64,000 nt of DNA, from positions 1-64,000 of the forward strand of contig CAXWPJ010000007.1 in NCBI GenBank assembly GCA_963664115.2. The letters are read 5' to 3'. Made by a program: the position numbers and the translations under genes. This document shows, piece after piece, positions 49,840 to 59,411 of this stretch. Source of the DNA: Terriglobia bacterium. GTDB taxonomy: Bacteria > Acidobacteriota > Terriglobia > 20CM-2-55-15. The notes below the pieces were generated by a model. That model made no database searches. It saw nothing but the letters and a program-made list of their open reading frames with translations, and had not been told where the DNA came from. Positions within the stretch are counted from its first letter, which is position 1. Each line of letters starts with the position of its first letter.

Positions 49840-51542
49840 TGAACTGCGCCCGTCTCTCCGGATAGACCCTTGATCGATGATTCGAATGTCCTGCCGAGGC
49901 GCTCCAGGACCTGTTCGGCCGCCCGGATGCCGGAAAAACAGGCTTCTTCGAACAGCGGCAGTCCTGTCGTGTCACACGAGGCGAAATACACGTTTCCGAA
50001 AGGCTCCCTCCGAGTGACGCTTTCTGGGCCCCATATGAGTCCCGGCCTCGGCCGGATCATGGCGTGACCCCACCGGTAAACGTCGATGCGGTCTACGACA
50101 CGCTCCAGGTCCGGATGGGCCAACAGTAGGTCCCGCATGATCACGTTGACCCAGTACGGATGTTCTTCTTCAAGGAGCTTTCTACGAGCAAGGTCGATGT
50201 CCTCGACGAACGGGAGATAATAAACCAGGATCGATGGGTTGTCTCTGTAGACCTGTCGGGTTTGATGATCAGCGACAATGTAGCCTAGGGATTGGCTGTC
50301 GCGGAGTACATTGTCCCACGCGATCGAGACTTCGGCGTTTGTGGGCAACTCGCTCACGTGGATACTGGCGGTCAGCCATGGGCTGTAATCACAGGATTCG
50401 ATCGCTTCTACCTGGGGCCGTGGCAATCCATCGACCAGGAAAGGCGCGGTGTGGAGCTTGGAGGCATGGATCACGGTTCGGGCCGAAATAGTGCGATATG
50501 TCTCACTCGGTGTATCGAAGTAGCCGACCCGAACGCCGGGATTGTCGTTATCGATGTTGTCGATGCGAAGCACCGTGCATCCGAGCCGGTATTGCGAGTC
50601 GTCCAGGTCTTGGGCTAAGCGTTGTACCAGAAACCCGTTTCCCGCGGGCCACGTCAACGTATCCGAAGGGTACTGGTCCCACAGCCGCTCGTCGTAGTAT
50701 CGGCAGGCGAAATAGTGAATGCCGGCCCAGGCCGACACGGTTGCCATCATGCTCCCGTAATCGTCCCGGCAAGCATAGTTGATCATCCAATCCAACCGTG
50801 GCGAATTCCATCCTTTGGAGCGGACGTAGGTTTCCATCGAAATCTTGTCGAGATCACGAACCCGGGAGTCCGTGGTGCTGTAGCTGAGAGGGAGTGCGAA
50901 TGCGCGCCGGCCGTCAAAACCGCGGTAAAGCGTCCAGGTCAGCATGTCGTCCTCAAAGGCAAGTATGGCTTCGCGGTCCTGGGTTGAGGCCCCGGCGAGC
51001 AGATCCCATTCGATCCATCTTCCGTCCATGAAGACACGTTCGGTGGGCCATCGCAGGATGTGTTGTTCGGGAATCCTCGGCCGTCCGGCCTCATCGTAGC
51101 CTTCGATTATGCCCAGGTCGGACAGGACTTCTTTGACGCAATCCGCTTCCGCGGGCGGAATATTGATGTAGTGTGCCGCCCAGGGGAATTCCGCGCCCTC
51201 TGCGCTTCCGGACGCGGAGGTGCCTCCAAGCCAGGGCTCCAGTTCGAGCAGGACAAAGTTGTCCAGTCCGGCCTTCATCAGCTTCCAGGCTGCGCACAGT
51301 CCAGAAACGCCACCTCCGACGATGGCGACGTCGTAGGTATGAGCATCAGGCTCGGGAAATCGATCGCGAGGGTGGGGTTCGCGCAGAAGATGCCCCGCCT
51401 GCTGGCCCCCCCCCACGATTTGCCCCGGAACTTTGAAGGTCCTCGGAGGCGGAGTGCCTGAATTCCAGCACGAAGGCACGACCGCCAGAAGGCTGCCGGT
51501 CGCGGAGAGGCGAAGGAACCGACGGCGTGTAAAGAACGACAT
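49836..51542 (-). CDS. Tat-lipoprotein FAD-dependent oxidoreductase (amine oxidase-like)
   Basis: TRRRFL plus lipobox-like VPSC; IVGGGVSG, RWGHAM, LFEEA. Confidence 0.85.
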   Translation of the reverse strand: MSFFTRRRFLRLSATGSLLAVVPSCWNSGTPPPRTFKVPGQIVGGGQQAGHLLREPHPRDRFPEPDAHTYDVAIVGGGVSGLCAAWKLMKAGLDNFVLLELEPWLGGTSASGSAEGAEFPWAAHYINIPPAEADCVKEVLSDLGIIEGYDEAGRPRIPEQHILRWPTERVFMDGRWIEWDLLAGASTQDREAILAFEDDMLTWTLYRGFDGRRAFALPLSYSTTDSRVRDLDKISMETYVRSKGWNSPRLDWMINYACRDDYGSMMATVSAWAGIHYFACRYYDERLWDQYPSDTLTWPAGNGFLVQRLAQDLDDSQYRLGCTVLRIDNIDNDNPGVRVGYFDTPSETYRTISARTVIHASKLHTAPFLVDGLPRPQVEAIESCDYSPWLTASIHVSELPTNAEVSIAWDNVLRDSQSLGYIVADHQTRQVYRDNPSILVYYLPFVEDIDLARRKLLEEEHPYWVNVIMRDLLLAHPDLERVVDRIDVYRWGHAMIRPRPGLIWGPESVTRREPFGNVYFASCDTTGLPLFEEACFSGIRAAEQVLERLGRTFESSIKGLSGETGAVQ

Positions 51543-51555
51543 TGCTGGATGATAC

Positions 51556-52257
51556 TCAGATGCCCATTTTCTTCTTGAGCTCAGCCAGCGAGTCGCTGGT
51601 CTCGGCCGAGCTGGGCACCGCAAGGGTTCTGTCAATCTCCTGGTCCAGGGTGACGCTCGCGTCTGTCATGTCTCCGTAAGCCTCGGCAAGCGACTCCTCC
51701 TCTATCACTTTGTCCTTCATCCTTTCCAGTAGTGCAATCGTACTGGAGGAGTCGGCGTTCGACATCTGCTGGTTGATTTTCCGCATCGATGTCGCCGTCT
51801 TGGCACGGGCTCTCAAGGTCACCAACTCGGTCTCGAAGCGGCTGATGGTTTCCTTCAGCGTTCCCACCTTCGCCTGGAGCTGGTCCCCCATGGATTTTTG
51901 CTGCTCGTAATCCTTCTTTAAGGAACCTGAGCGTTGGAGAGCCTCCTCCTTCTTGGTCAAGGCTTCAGTTGCCAGACGTTCCGCGTCAGCTTCGGGCAGA
52001 TCCCCGCTCTTCATTTTCTGGAGAAGAAGCATCGCTTTTCTTTCGTAATCCTTCGCAAGCTTTTTCTGGTCGTCCGAGTCTTTCTTGAAACGAATTGCGA
52101 TCGCTTTAACTTGCGCCAGACTCTGCATAGAGCCCTGCAGGTCTTTCTTCAGGTCGCGAATTCCCTGCTCGCTCATCTTGATCGGGTCTTCGAGCTTATC
52201 CGCGACCGAATGTGCCTGGGACTGCACGTTTTTGAAAATTCTTTGAAAAAAACTCAT
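51556..52257 (-). CDS. PspA/IM30 (bacterial ESCRT-III-like) protein
   Basis: MSFFQRI...LEDPIKMSEQ, coiled coil, ERMKDKV, LAELK. Confidence 0.93.
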   Translation of the reverse strand: MSFFQRIFKNVQSQAHSVADKLEDPIKMSEQGIRDLKKDLQGSMQSLAQVKAIAIRFKKDSDDQKKLAKDYERKAMLLLQKMKSGDLPEADAERLATEALTKKEEALQRSGSLKKDYEQQKSMGDQLQAKVGTLKETISRFETELVTLRARAKTATSMRKINQQMSNADSSSTIALLERMKDKVIEEESLAEAYGDMTDASVTLDQEIDRTLAVPSSAETSDSLAELKKKMGI

Positions 52258-52673
52258 TTGTCAGCTCCCCCCGACTGTCGGTGACTAAATTTCAGCAACT
52301 CTGGGCCGTTTTCGGCCAGGGCAAGCTCCAGCGACCGGATGGAGCCTTCCAACTCGTTACAATCCAGGTTTTCCAGTTGCAAGGTATCGCGGAAAAGGAC
52401 ACGGTTACCTTCTTCGTCATCGAGCACAAACGCTCCATGTACCATGGTTCGGTTCATCTGGAGGAGGCGTTTGAAGAAATCTCCAGCATCCTCGGGGACA
52501 TCCATGATGAGTTGTTCGAGGATGACGATTGGGGGTTCGCAGTCAATGATCAGGTTATGAATCCCATTCTCCTCATCCTCCACCACGATCAACTCTTCGG
52601 CTTCATCCTCGCTGACGATCTTGAGATCGATATCGAGCAGATAGCCCTTCACCAAGTCTAGGTTCTCGGACAT
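52254..52673 (-). CDS. YbjN/CesT-like chaperone-fold protein
   Basis: LLQMNRTMVHGAFVLD...FRDTLQLENLD. Confidence 0.78.
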   Translation of the reverse strand: MSENLDLVKGYLLDIDLKIVSEDEAEELIVVEDEENGIHNLIIDCEPPIVILEQLIMDVPEDAGDFFKRLLQMNRTMVHGAFVLDDEEGNRVLFRDTLQLENLDCNELEGSIRSLELALAENGPELLKFSHRQSGGADK

Positions 52674-52675
52674 GT

Positions 52676-53065
52676 TTACTTCTCCTGTCTGTTTGTCTCG
52701 CTCTGGGACCGCTTCCGTAGCCGCTCGTAAGCACCGTTCAACCGTTGCGTCAGTTCATCGGCTATTTTTAGTTTCTCGAGATCTTTCGAATGCAGATCCG
52801 GGTGGTATTTCCGTAACAGCCGTATCCATGCCTTCCGGACCGTGGCAAGGCTGGAACCATAGGGCACCTCCAGGTTGGAATAGAGTTCGGCCAACTCCGG
52901 ATCGATGCGCTGGGCGTTAGATTCGATATTTCTGCTACCGTGGCCCGGCCCGTGGGCCCGAGTCTGCCTTTGGCGTCCACGTGCCCGATCAGCGTGAATC
53001 CGTCCGTTCGAGCCAGCGTGGATCTGGGCTCGAATGAGGCGGATCACGCGGGTTGCCAGTTCCAA
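52676..53065 (-). CDS. Small J-domain protein
   Basis: LYSNLEV...VRKAW...KYHPD...LNGAYE. Confidence 0.85.
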   Translation of the reverse strand: MELATRVIRLIRAQIHAGSNGRIHADRARGRQRQTRAHGPGHGSRNIESNAQRIDPELAELYSNLEVPYGSSLATVRKAWIRLLRKYHPDLHSKDLEKLKIADELTQRLNGAYERLRKRSQSETNRQEK

Positions 53066-53194
53066 TCAATCAGCTCCCTCGAAGACAGGTTTTCAATGAC
53101 GACATTGCGCGCTCATCAGAATCATAACTCAATAGGTTATATTTGGCGGTATTGATAAGCTCGCGTTCGTCAGTGAAGGGATGACTCGATCACC

Positions 53195-54253
53195 ATGCTC
53201 AGGTTGATTATGGAATGGTTCCGGCGCTTCAGGCCGGAAAGACACGGCGAAATCCGTAAGGTAATCCTCTTGTTTTCCGCCCTGACCGCCCTGGGTGCGG
53301 TCGGTTATAGACTTTTCGAGGGTGCTGCCGATCCCGAGCTGTCCTGGAACGATGCCATTTGGTGGTCGATCGTTACGATGACGACCGTGGGATACGGGGA
53401 CTATTTTCCAACGACCGCCTACGGTCGCTACCTGGTGGCGATTCCACTGATGTTTGTCGGCATCGGCATCCTTGGCTACTTGCTCTCGGTGATGGCAACT
53501 GCGTTGATTGAGTCGAGGTCAAAGGAGTTGAAAGGCATGACAGATCTCCACGTTGAATCCCATGTGCTCGTAGTGAATTTTCAAAGTGAAGGCCGGAATC
53601 TAGAGATTGTCAAGGAGCTGCGGGAGGACTCCAAGACAAAGGACCTTGCAATAGTGTTGGTCGATGACCACCTCGACGAGCTGCCGCCCGAACTGGGGAA
53701 ACTGGGTGTCCGTTTTGTGAAGGGCAACCCATCGAGGGAAAGTGTCCTGCGGCGCGCATGCGTCGACAAGGCGCGTTATGCGATCGTTCTTGCCTCGGAA
53801 GTGGACCCATCGCGCGCCGATGACCATACTCTTGCCGCGGCCCTTACAATCGAATCGATCAACCCCAACATCTTCACGGTCGCCGAATGCCTCGACCCTG
53901 AGCGTGTGGGACTGATGCGCCGATCGGGATGCGACAGCGTGGTCTGCGTGTCCGGTCTCGCATCGTCCTTCTTGGTTCAGGAGGTTTGCGATCCTGGCAT
54001 GCATGCCGTCGTCAACGAACTGATGTCAAACAGATTTGGTCAACAAGTCTACATCGTTCCGGTTGAACAAATGCAAAACTGGGAATTTTCTGAGCTGCAG
54101 GCACATCTTTCACGAAAAGGGTACCTTGTATTGGGAATACAACGCGGCAGCGAGGCACTGCTCAACCCAGGGAATGCGTACAAGATCGAAGCGAGCGATC
54201 ACGTCATCTGCATGGGGCCACACAGGCCCGCTCCGGTTCGGATCTCGAGCTAG
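53195..54253 (+). CDS. Two-TM potassium channel with RCK/TrkA domain
   Basis: TMTTVGYGD selectivity filter; RCK_N and RCK_C. Confidence 0.93.
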   Translation: MLRLIMEWFRRFRPERHGEIRKVILLFSALTALGAVGYRLFEGAADPELSWNDAIWWSIVTMTTVGYGDYFPTTAYGRYLVAIPLMFVGIGILGYLLSVMATALIESRSKELKGMTDLHVESHVLVVNFQSEGRNLEIVKELREDSKTKDLAIVLVDDHLDELPPELGKLGVRFVKGNPSRESVLRRACVDKARYAIVLASEVDPSRADDHTLAAALTIESINPNIFTVAECLDPERVGLMRRSGCDSVVCVSGLASSFLVQEVCDPGMHAVVNELMSNRFGQQVYIVPVEQMQNWEFSELQAHLSRKGYLVLGIQRGSEALLNPGNAYKIEASDHVICMGPHRPAPVRISS

Positions 54254-55017
54254 CGATCTTTGGTCGGTGACTGCGCCTTAGAACGTTTCCAGAATGCGGA
54301 TAGTCCTAACACCAGAACGCCCACTGAGATTGCTCCACAAACAACACCCCAGAACCAATACGGCAAGAATAGTAGATCTGCGAGCTGTGCAACGTCGGAG
54401 GGCATAGCTCCGGCACCAGTCATCGCGGTCTTGGTGAAGAGATAGTCCGCGCGCGAGAAAACACTGAGTGCCATCTGTACGGCTAGGACTGCGACAGTAA
54501 ACTGAGCGATTCCGGCACCAAAGCGTCTACCCACATAGAACAGGCTTCCACCCACTGCTCCGACGAAAGCAAACCCAAAGACGTTGCGTATGACCAGGAC
54601 GCAGGCAGCAATCATTAATGCTCCGAATGCCATGAGCGCGATCTGTGCAAGGCGCGCGCGGGCGGACAACCAAAACAAGAATGCTCCTGCAACTGCCGGT
54701 CCAATGAGCCCGCCCGCCGCTGTGGCCGCACGGCTCAATCGGCCCGCGGCGCCTCCTATCATGGCTACCCCGGACCCGTCAGCGTAGAGTCGGAAAGAAT
54801 CGAACTCCAGGCCAACCAACATTGCCGTCAGTCCGTGGCCCATTTCATGGGCCACGGTTGACAAGAGAAGAATCGGATAACCGACAACTCCACCAAAGGG
54901 AAGCAATGGCGCCAAGATGCCGACGGCTGTGGCCGCAGTCAACGCAGCTCTCGCACGCGCTCGGTCTGAGGATCCCTGGCGAATTCGTAAGGAATCGAAA
55001 AGTCGCTCGAAATTCAT
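54250..55017 (-). CDS. M50B-like intramembrane metallopeptidase
   Basis: HEMGH within a TM, AGGLIGP, SD motif; multi-TM. Confidence 0.82.
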   Translation of the reverse strand: MNFERLFDSLRIRQGSSDRARARAALTAATAVGILAPLLPFGGVVGYPILLLSTVAHEMGHGLTAMLVGLEFDSFRLYADGSGVAMIGGAAGRLSRAATAAGGLIGPAVAGAFLFWLSARARLAQIALMAFGALMIAACVLVIRNVFGFAFVGAVGGSLFYVGRRFGAGIAQFTVAVLAVQMALSVFSRADYLFTKTAMTGAGAMPSDVAQLADLLFLPYWFWGVVCGAISVGVLVLGLSAFWKRSKAQSPTKDR

Positions 55018-55156
55018 ATCGCTCGAGAGGGAATCGTTCCTGACAACTGAAACCGTCGCGTGCCTAACGCGTGCGGCTGAAGAACTGCGACCTCATGCAC
55101 TCGCCCAACTTTGAACACTCCACGAGCCCCCGCAACAGTCAGAGTCTTCCCTCGAC

Positions 55157-55315
55157 CTATAATAGACAGTTGACCCCTCGCCGTTCACCTGCCAGTTGTT
55201 GAAGCTTGAGGTTGAGCTTATAGGCGACGACCTTCGCCTTACGGAGCAGTTCTGTCGTTGAAAAGGATGGGTTCAAGGCGTCCCGCTGCAGTTCGAGGAC
55301 TATTGGGTCAGGCAT
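55157..55315 (-). pseudogene. AbiTii-domain N-terminal remnant
   Basis: IVLELQRDAL......ELLRKAKVVAYKLNL resembles AbiTii N-termini as recalled; truncated. Confidence 0.6.
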
Positions 55316-55394
55316 AGCGTGGCAACCTATGGCAACCAGAGGCGAGAAAACGAAAAAGGCCGCCACTTTGGCAGCCTAACTTCTTTGTTTTCAA

Positions 55395-55468
<74 letters not shown>

Positions 55469-55527
55469 GAAACAGGATTTGGACTACGTCTGGCCGCTCT
55501 ACCGCATGACAGGGCTGGGGTCAGGGG

Positions 55528-56106
55528 TCACAGGATACGCAACAAGCGTTTCGACTCCTCCAGCAACCGATCCAAATCAAGAGGTTTGGGTAAGAAACAG
55601 TCCGCTCCCGCCTGAAGAATCTTCGATTCAACTTCCGGTTGTCCACTGATCGCAATGATCGCGGTGCGGTTAGCTGGATTTTCCTTGATTCGACGGCAGA
55701 CTTCGAGCCCATCCACCCCGGGGATGAGTATATCGAGGACGATCAGGTCCGGATGCGAGCGCCCGATTTCAATCAAGGCCGTAATACCATCTGAGGCGGC
55801 GTTGACCTCGTATGCATCCTCCCGCTCGAAAAAGGTCGTCAGGACCTTGACGATACTGTCTTCGTCTTCAACGATCAGCACCTTGAGCTTTTCTGCCGTG
55901 AGTGCCGCGGGGACAGGTATCTGGTGCTTTCTCAGGAAAGCCAGCAAGTCCTCCCGGCTGATGCGGCGATGTCCCCCGGGTGTCCGATAGGAATTGAGCA
56001 AGTCCTGCTCAATCCAGTTGATCATAGACCGGGGATTGACCTGCAGTAACTTGCTGACTTCGTGGGTCGTAAAGATGTCTTTGTTCGGGTTAGTACTTGC
56101 AGCCAT
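55528..56106 (-). CDS. Response regulator with N-terminal excisionase-type HTH
   Basis: TTHEVSKLL..RTPGGHRRI; VLIVEDE, LIVLD, PKP. Confidence 0.9.
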   Translation of the reverse strand: MAASTNPNKDIFTTHEVSKLLQVNPRSMINWIEQDLLNSYRTPGGHRRISREDLLAFLRKHQIPVPAALTAEKLKVLIVEDEDSIVKVLTTFFEREDAYEVNAASDGITALIEIGRSHPDLIVLDILIPGVDGLEVCRRIKENPANRTAIIAISGQPEVESKILQAGADCFLPKPLDLDRLLEESKRLLRIL

Positions 56107-56308
56107 CCAGCGTTCCTGCCGCGCCAGGTGGGGCCGGGGACGCGTTGCCTCGTTCGATACCAATCGAATTCGACCCGGCGGAGCCGAATTTCCATTTTCG
56201 CGCCGGTTCCGAACCCGCATCTTCTACCAGTGGTCCCCGTCACCCTCCCCACATCGACTATCGAGGACCGTATGCGAGCCGGTATAACGTAACATACTGA
56301 CATTCCTT

Positions 56309-56803
56309 ATGGGAATCGCTATTCGGGATTGGCAGCCTTCGGATTTCGAGCGGATTACTTCGCTTTGGTTGTCCGCTTATGCGCTTGTCTCCCTCCCGGA
56401 CGCGCCACTGCGAAGCGACGCAAACCGGGTGCTGACCGAGTGGCTGGACGATCGATTTCGGGACCGGCGGTCCCTGGGTTATGTCGGAGAACGGGACGGC
56501 GATTTCGCTGGATTCGTACTGGGACGCATTGGCGAGTGGGAGTCGGATCCCCCCATTCTCAAGCGGCGCCGGATTGGACTGATCGACGTGGTGTACGTCC
56601 TGGAAGTGCATCGCAGGTACGGGGTCGCAAGCGCTTTGGTGCAATTTGTCATCGAACGCGCCCGGGCACGCGGTGCGACCGCGCTTGAGACAAGCTTTGA
56701 GACTGCTAACGAACCGGCCACCAGGCTCTGGTGGAGTTTGGGTTTCAAGCCCTGGATCGAGCGTGCCTACCGTCCGATCAGATCCTCAAGCTCAAACGAC
56801 TGA
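56309..56803 (+). CDS. GNAT acetyltransferase
   Basis: VYVLEVHRRYGVA, NEPA....LGF. Confidence 0.88.
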   Translation: MGIAIRDWQPSDFERITSLWLSAYALVSLPDAPLRSDANRVLTEWLDDRFRDRRSLGYVGERDGDFAGFVLGRIGEWESDPPILKRRRIGLIDVVYVLEVHRRYGVASALVQFVIERARARGATALETSFETANEPATRLWWSLGFKPWIERAYRPIRSSSSND

Positions 56804-56930
56804 GATGGAACGCATGGCATCTAAAAGGCTTCGAAAGCTAAGCTGTGGGTCCAGCCCTGTCGCACCTGATTGCTAAACTACCCCGACGTCGGCCGAACGC
56901 GATGATGCCCAAGGGCCTGAAAGTTGGAGT

Positions 56931-57734
56931 ATGACGGTGAAAATAGTCACCTGCATGAAACTGGTTCCCGATCCCACCGCGCGCCTCCTCATAAACGAAA
57001 GTAAAAGCTGGATCCAAGAGACAGACCTGAGCTTCGTCCTCAACGAAGCGGACAGCTATGCTCTCGAAGAAGCGCTGGCACTCAAAGAAAAACACGGCGG
57101 GGAAGTGATAGCCCTTTCCGTGGGACAGGAGTCGACCTTACGGATACTTCGCCAGGGACTGGCCACCGGCGCAGATCGGGCAATTTTTCTTTCTGACAAG
57201 CGGTTTCGAGGTTCCGACGAGTTTGTGACGGCACAGATCATCGCGCGGGCTGTGGACAAAGACGGAGGAGCCGACCTGGTGCTCACGGGTGTGCAATCCG
57301 ATGATTTGGGCACGGGTACGACGGGAGTGATGGTGGCTGAGTTACTCGGATGGCCGCACGCCAGTGTCGTCATCAGCGTGGACGCGGCACCGGAAGAGAG
57401 GCGCGTTCGGGTCAGACGGGAGCTCGAAGGTGGCATAACCGAAGAGGTCGAATTGGAATCCCCCTGTGTTTTGACGCTGCAGTACGGGATCAATCAGCCA
57501 CGGTATCCATCGCTGAAGGGAATAATGGCGGCCAAAAAAAAGGAACTTCGGAAATGGGACCTGGAAGATCTTGAGCTGGGAGACGATGCGGTGGGTGTGT
57601 CCGGAAGTATGGTTGAGGTCGCCGCTGTCTTCGTCCCTGAACGAACCGGCGATGTAGAGATCATCTCCGGCAGCCCCGCGGAAGCGGCTGCCCGGCTGGT
57701 TGAAAAATTGAGAAAAGAAGCAAAAGCCTTGTAG
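56931..57734 (+). CDS. etfB: Electron transfer flavoprotein beta subunit
   Basis: KLVPD, YALEEAL, GVQSDD, PRYPSLKGIMAAKKK. Confidence 0.95.
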   Translation: MTVKIVTCMKLVPDPTARLLINESKSWIQETDLSFVLNEADSYALEEALALKEKHGGEVIALSVGQESTLRILRQGLATGADRAIFLSDKRFRGSDEFVTAQIIARAVDKDGGADLVLTGVQSDDLGTGTTGVMVAELLGWPHASVVISVDAAPEERRVRVRRELEGGITEEVELESPCVLTLQYGINQPRYPSLKGIMAAKKKELRKWDLEDLELGDDAVGVSGSMVEVAAVFVPERTGDVEIISGSPAEAAARLVEKLRKEAKAL

Positions 57735-57744
57735 GTGTGCTCTT

Positions 57745-58767
57745 GTGATATTGGCACTGACGGAACACGAAAACCAAAACTTCAAGCCCCTGACGCGTGA
57801 ATTACTGGGCATGGCCCGGCGCCTCGGGCAGGAACTCGAGGAACCGGTGGCGGCGGTGGTCCTCGGATCGGGGGTGGACGGACTGGTTCCAGAGCTCGGG
57901 GCCCTGGGTATCGATCGTGTATTCACCGTGGATGATCCCGCGCTTTCCGCCTATAGCCCGGATGCCTACCTCGCTGCGCTGGGGGCCGTGACCGACGCCC
58001 TGACGAGGGGACCGGACGCGGGGCCAAAAGGGATTCCGAACAGTCGAAGACCCTATCTCGTGATGGCGGGGCATGCGGGTATCGGACCGGATTTGCTTCC
58101 GCGAATGGCGGCGCAGTTGAGGCGGCCCCTGGTGGCGGCCTGCGTGGATATTGAGAAGCAGGGCGAACGGTTGTTTATGACCCGCCAGATTTTTAACGCG
58201 AAGATGCACATGAGGGTATCGCTCCGCGGGGAGGCGCCGTATTTTGCGACGATAGCGCCGGGTGCGTTTCCGGTCTCCGAAGTCGCTGAAGAAGACAGGG
58301 TCCGGCCGGAGACGGTTCCGATCGAACTGGGGGAAGTGCATATCCGCCAGAGGGTGATCGGCAGGGAAGAGACCGCCACAGGCGCACTCGACTTTGGGTC
58401 GGCTTCCACCATAGTTTCCGGAGGCCGGGGACTCAAGGCTCCTGAGAATGTGGCGCTTGTCGTCGAATTAGCTCAGGCATTGGGGGGCGCGGTCGGGGCG
58501 TCCCGGCCTGTCGTCGACGCGGGATGGTTGCCACGTGAACACCAGATCGGCAGTTCCGGTCAGACAGTGTCTCCAAAGCTGTACTTCGCCATCGGCATTT
58601 CCGGAGCGATTCAGCATCTGGTGGGCATGCAGACCGCGCAATGCATCGTTGCGATCAACAAAGATGCGGATGCTCCAATTTTCAAGGTAGCGCAGTACGG
58701 CATCGTGGGCGATCTTTTCGAGATCGTTCCGGAAATCACAAAGATAATCAACGACCTGAACGCCTAG
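57745..58767 (+). CDS. etfA: Electron transfer flavoprotein alpha subunit
   Basis: SGGRG, GASRPVVD, GISGAIQH, AINKD. Confidence 0.96.
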   Translation: MILALTEHENQNFKPLTRELLGMARRLGQELEEPVAAVVLGSGVDGLVPELGALGIDRVFTVDDPALSAYSPDAYLAALGAVTDALTRGPDAGPKGIPNSRRPYLVMAGHAGIGPDLLPRMAAQLRRPLVAACVDIEKQGERLFMTRQIFNAKMHMRVSLRGEAPYFATIAPGAFPVSEVAEEDRVRPETVPIELGEVHIRQRVIGREETATGALDFGSASTIVSGGRGLKAPENVALVVELAQALGGAVGASRPVVDAGWLPREHQIGSSGQTVSPKLYFAIGISGAIQHLVGMQTAQCIVAINKDADAPIFKVAQYGIVGDLFEIVPEITKIINDLNA

Positions 58768-58899
58768 CAGTCGGGCAGCACTCGAACGTTTGATTCGGAT
58801 CAGCCGATTTGAATTTATTTGCATCCTTTCGAATAGAAACACCTAGAATCGACCGTGCAGGGACTTCAAATTAGAGTCGTCGTCAGGGGGAAGCGCAGT

Positions 58900-59301
58900 A
58901 TGCAGAACGCTTCGTTGTTGATCGGGCTCTGCCTGATCCTGGCGTTGGCACCGAACGGCTGGAAGGACTGTTTCGAGAAGCGGTTCCGATATTACCAGGG
59001 GATGCGTCTCCAAGCCGCGGTAATGATCGCCAGCAAGGCGGCCGCAGAGGCTGTTGCGGTTGCGAATGCGACTAATCTGGAAGCGGCGACAACGGCACAC
59101 GGAATCATTGGAAAAGGCTCGCGGCATCTGTCATTCTCAGTTTCGTGGGAAAGCTCCGGATGGGTCTTTTCGCTTCAAGACAGAGGAGTTAGGCAGTCGA
59201 CATATCGGCTCGACCGGAGGGAAAACGATCCCATCCGAGTGGACCAGATACCGGACCAGCGAAGCGCCTGCCTGGAGAAATACGGCAGGACGTTAATTTA
59301 A
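58900..59301 (+). CDS. Hypothetical secreted or membrane protein
   Basis: Hydrophobic N-terminus; no recognised motif. Confidence 0.4.
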   Translation: MQNASLLIGLCLILALAPNGWKDCFEKRFRYYQGMRLQAAVMIASKAAAEAVAVANATNLEAATTAHGIIGKGSRHLSFSVSWESSGWVFSLQDRGVRQSTYRLDRRENDPIRVDQIPDQRSACLEKYGRTLI

Positions 59302-59381
59302 TTGACTTTCATTGGGAAGGACGAGTAGCCTTCTATCAGTGAGTGGTGTCTAAAAGAAAGATTTCCTCCACCATCCTACTC

Positions 59382-59411
59382 TCCCCGCGGCCGAGCCGCG
59401 GGGATTTTTTT
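59382..59411 (+). terminator. Rho-independent terminator
   Basis: TCCCCGCGG-CCGAG-CCGCGGGGA followed by T7. Confidence 0.85.
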
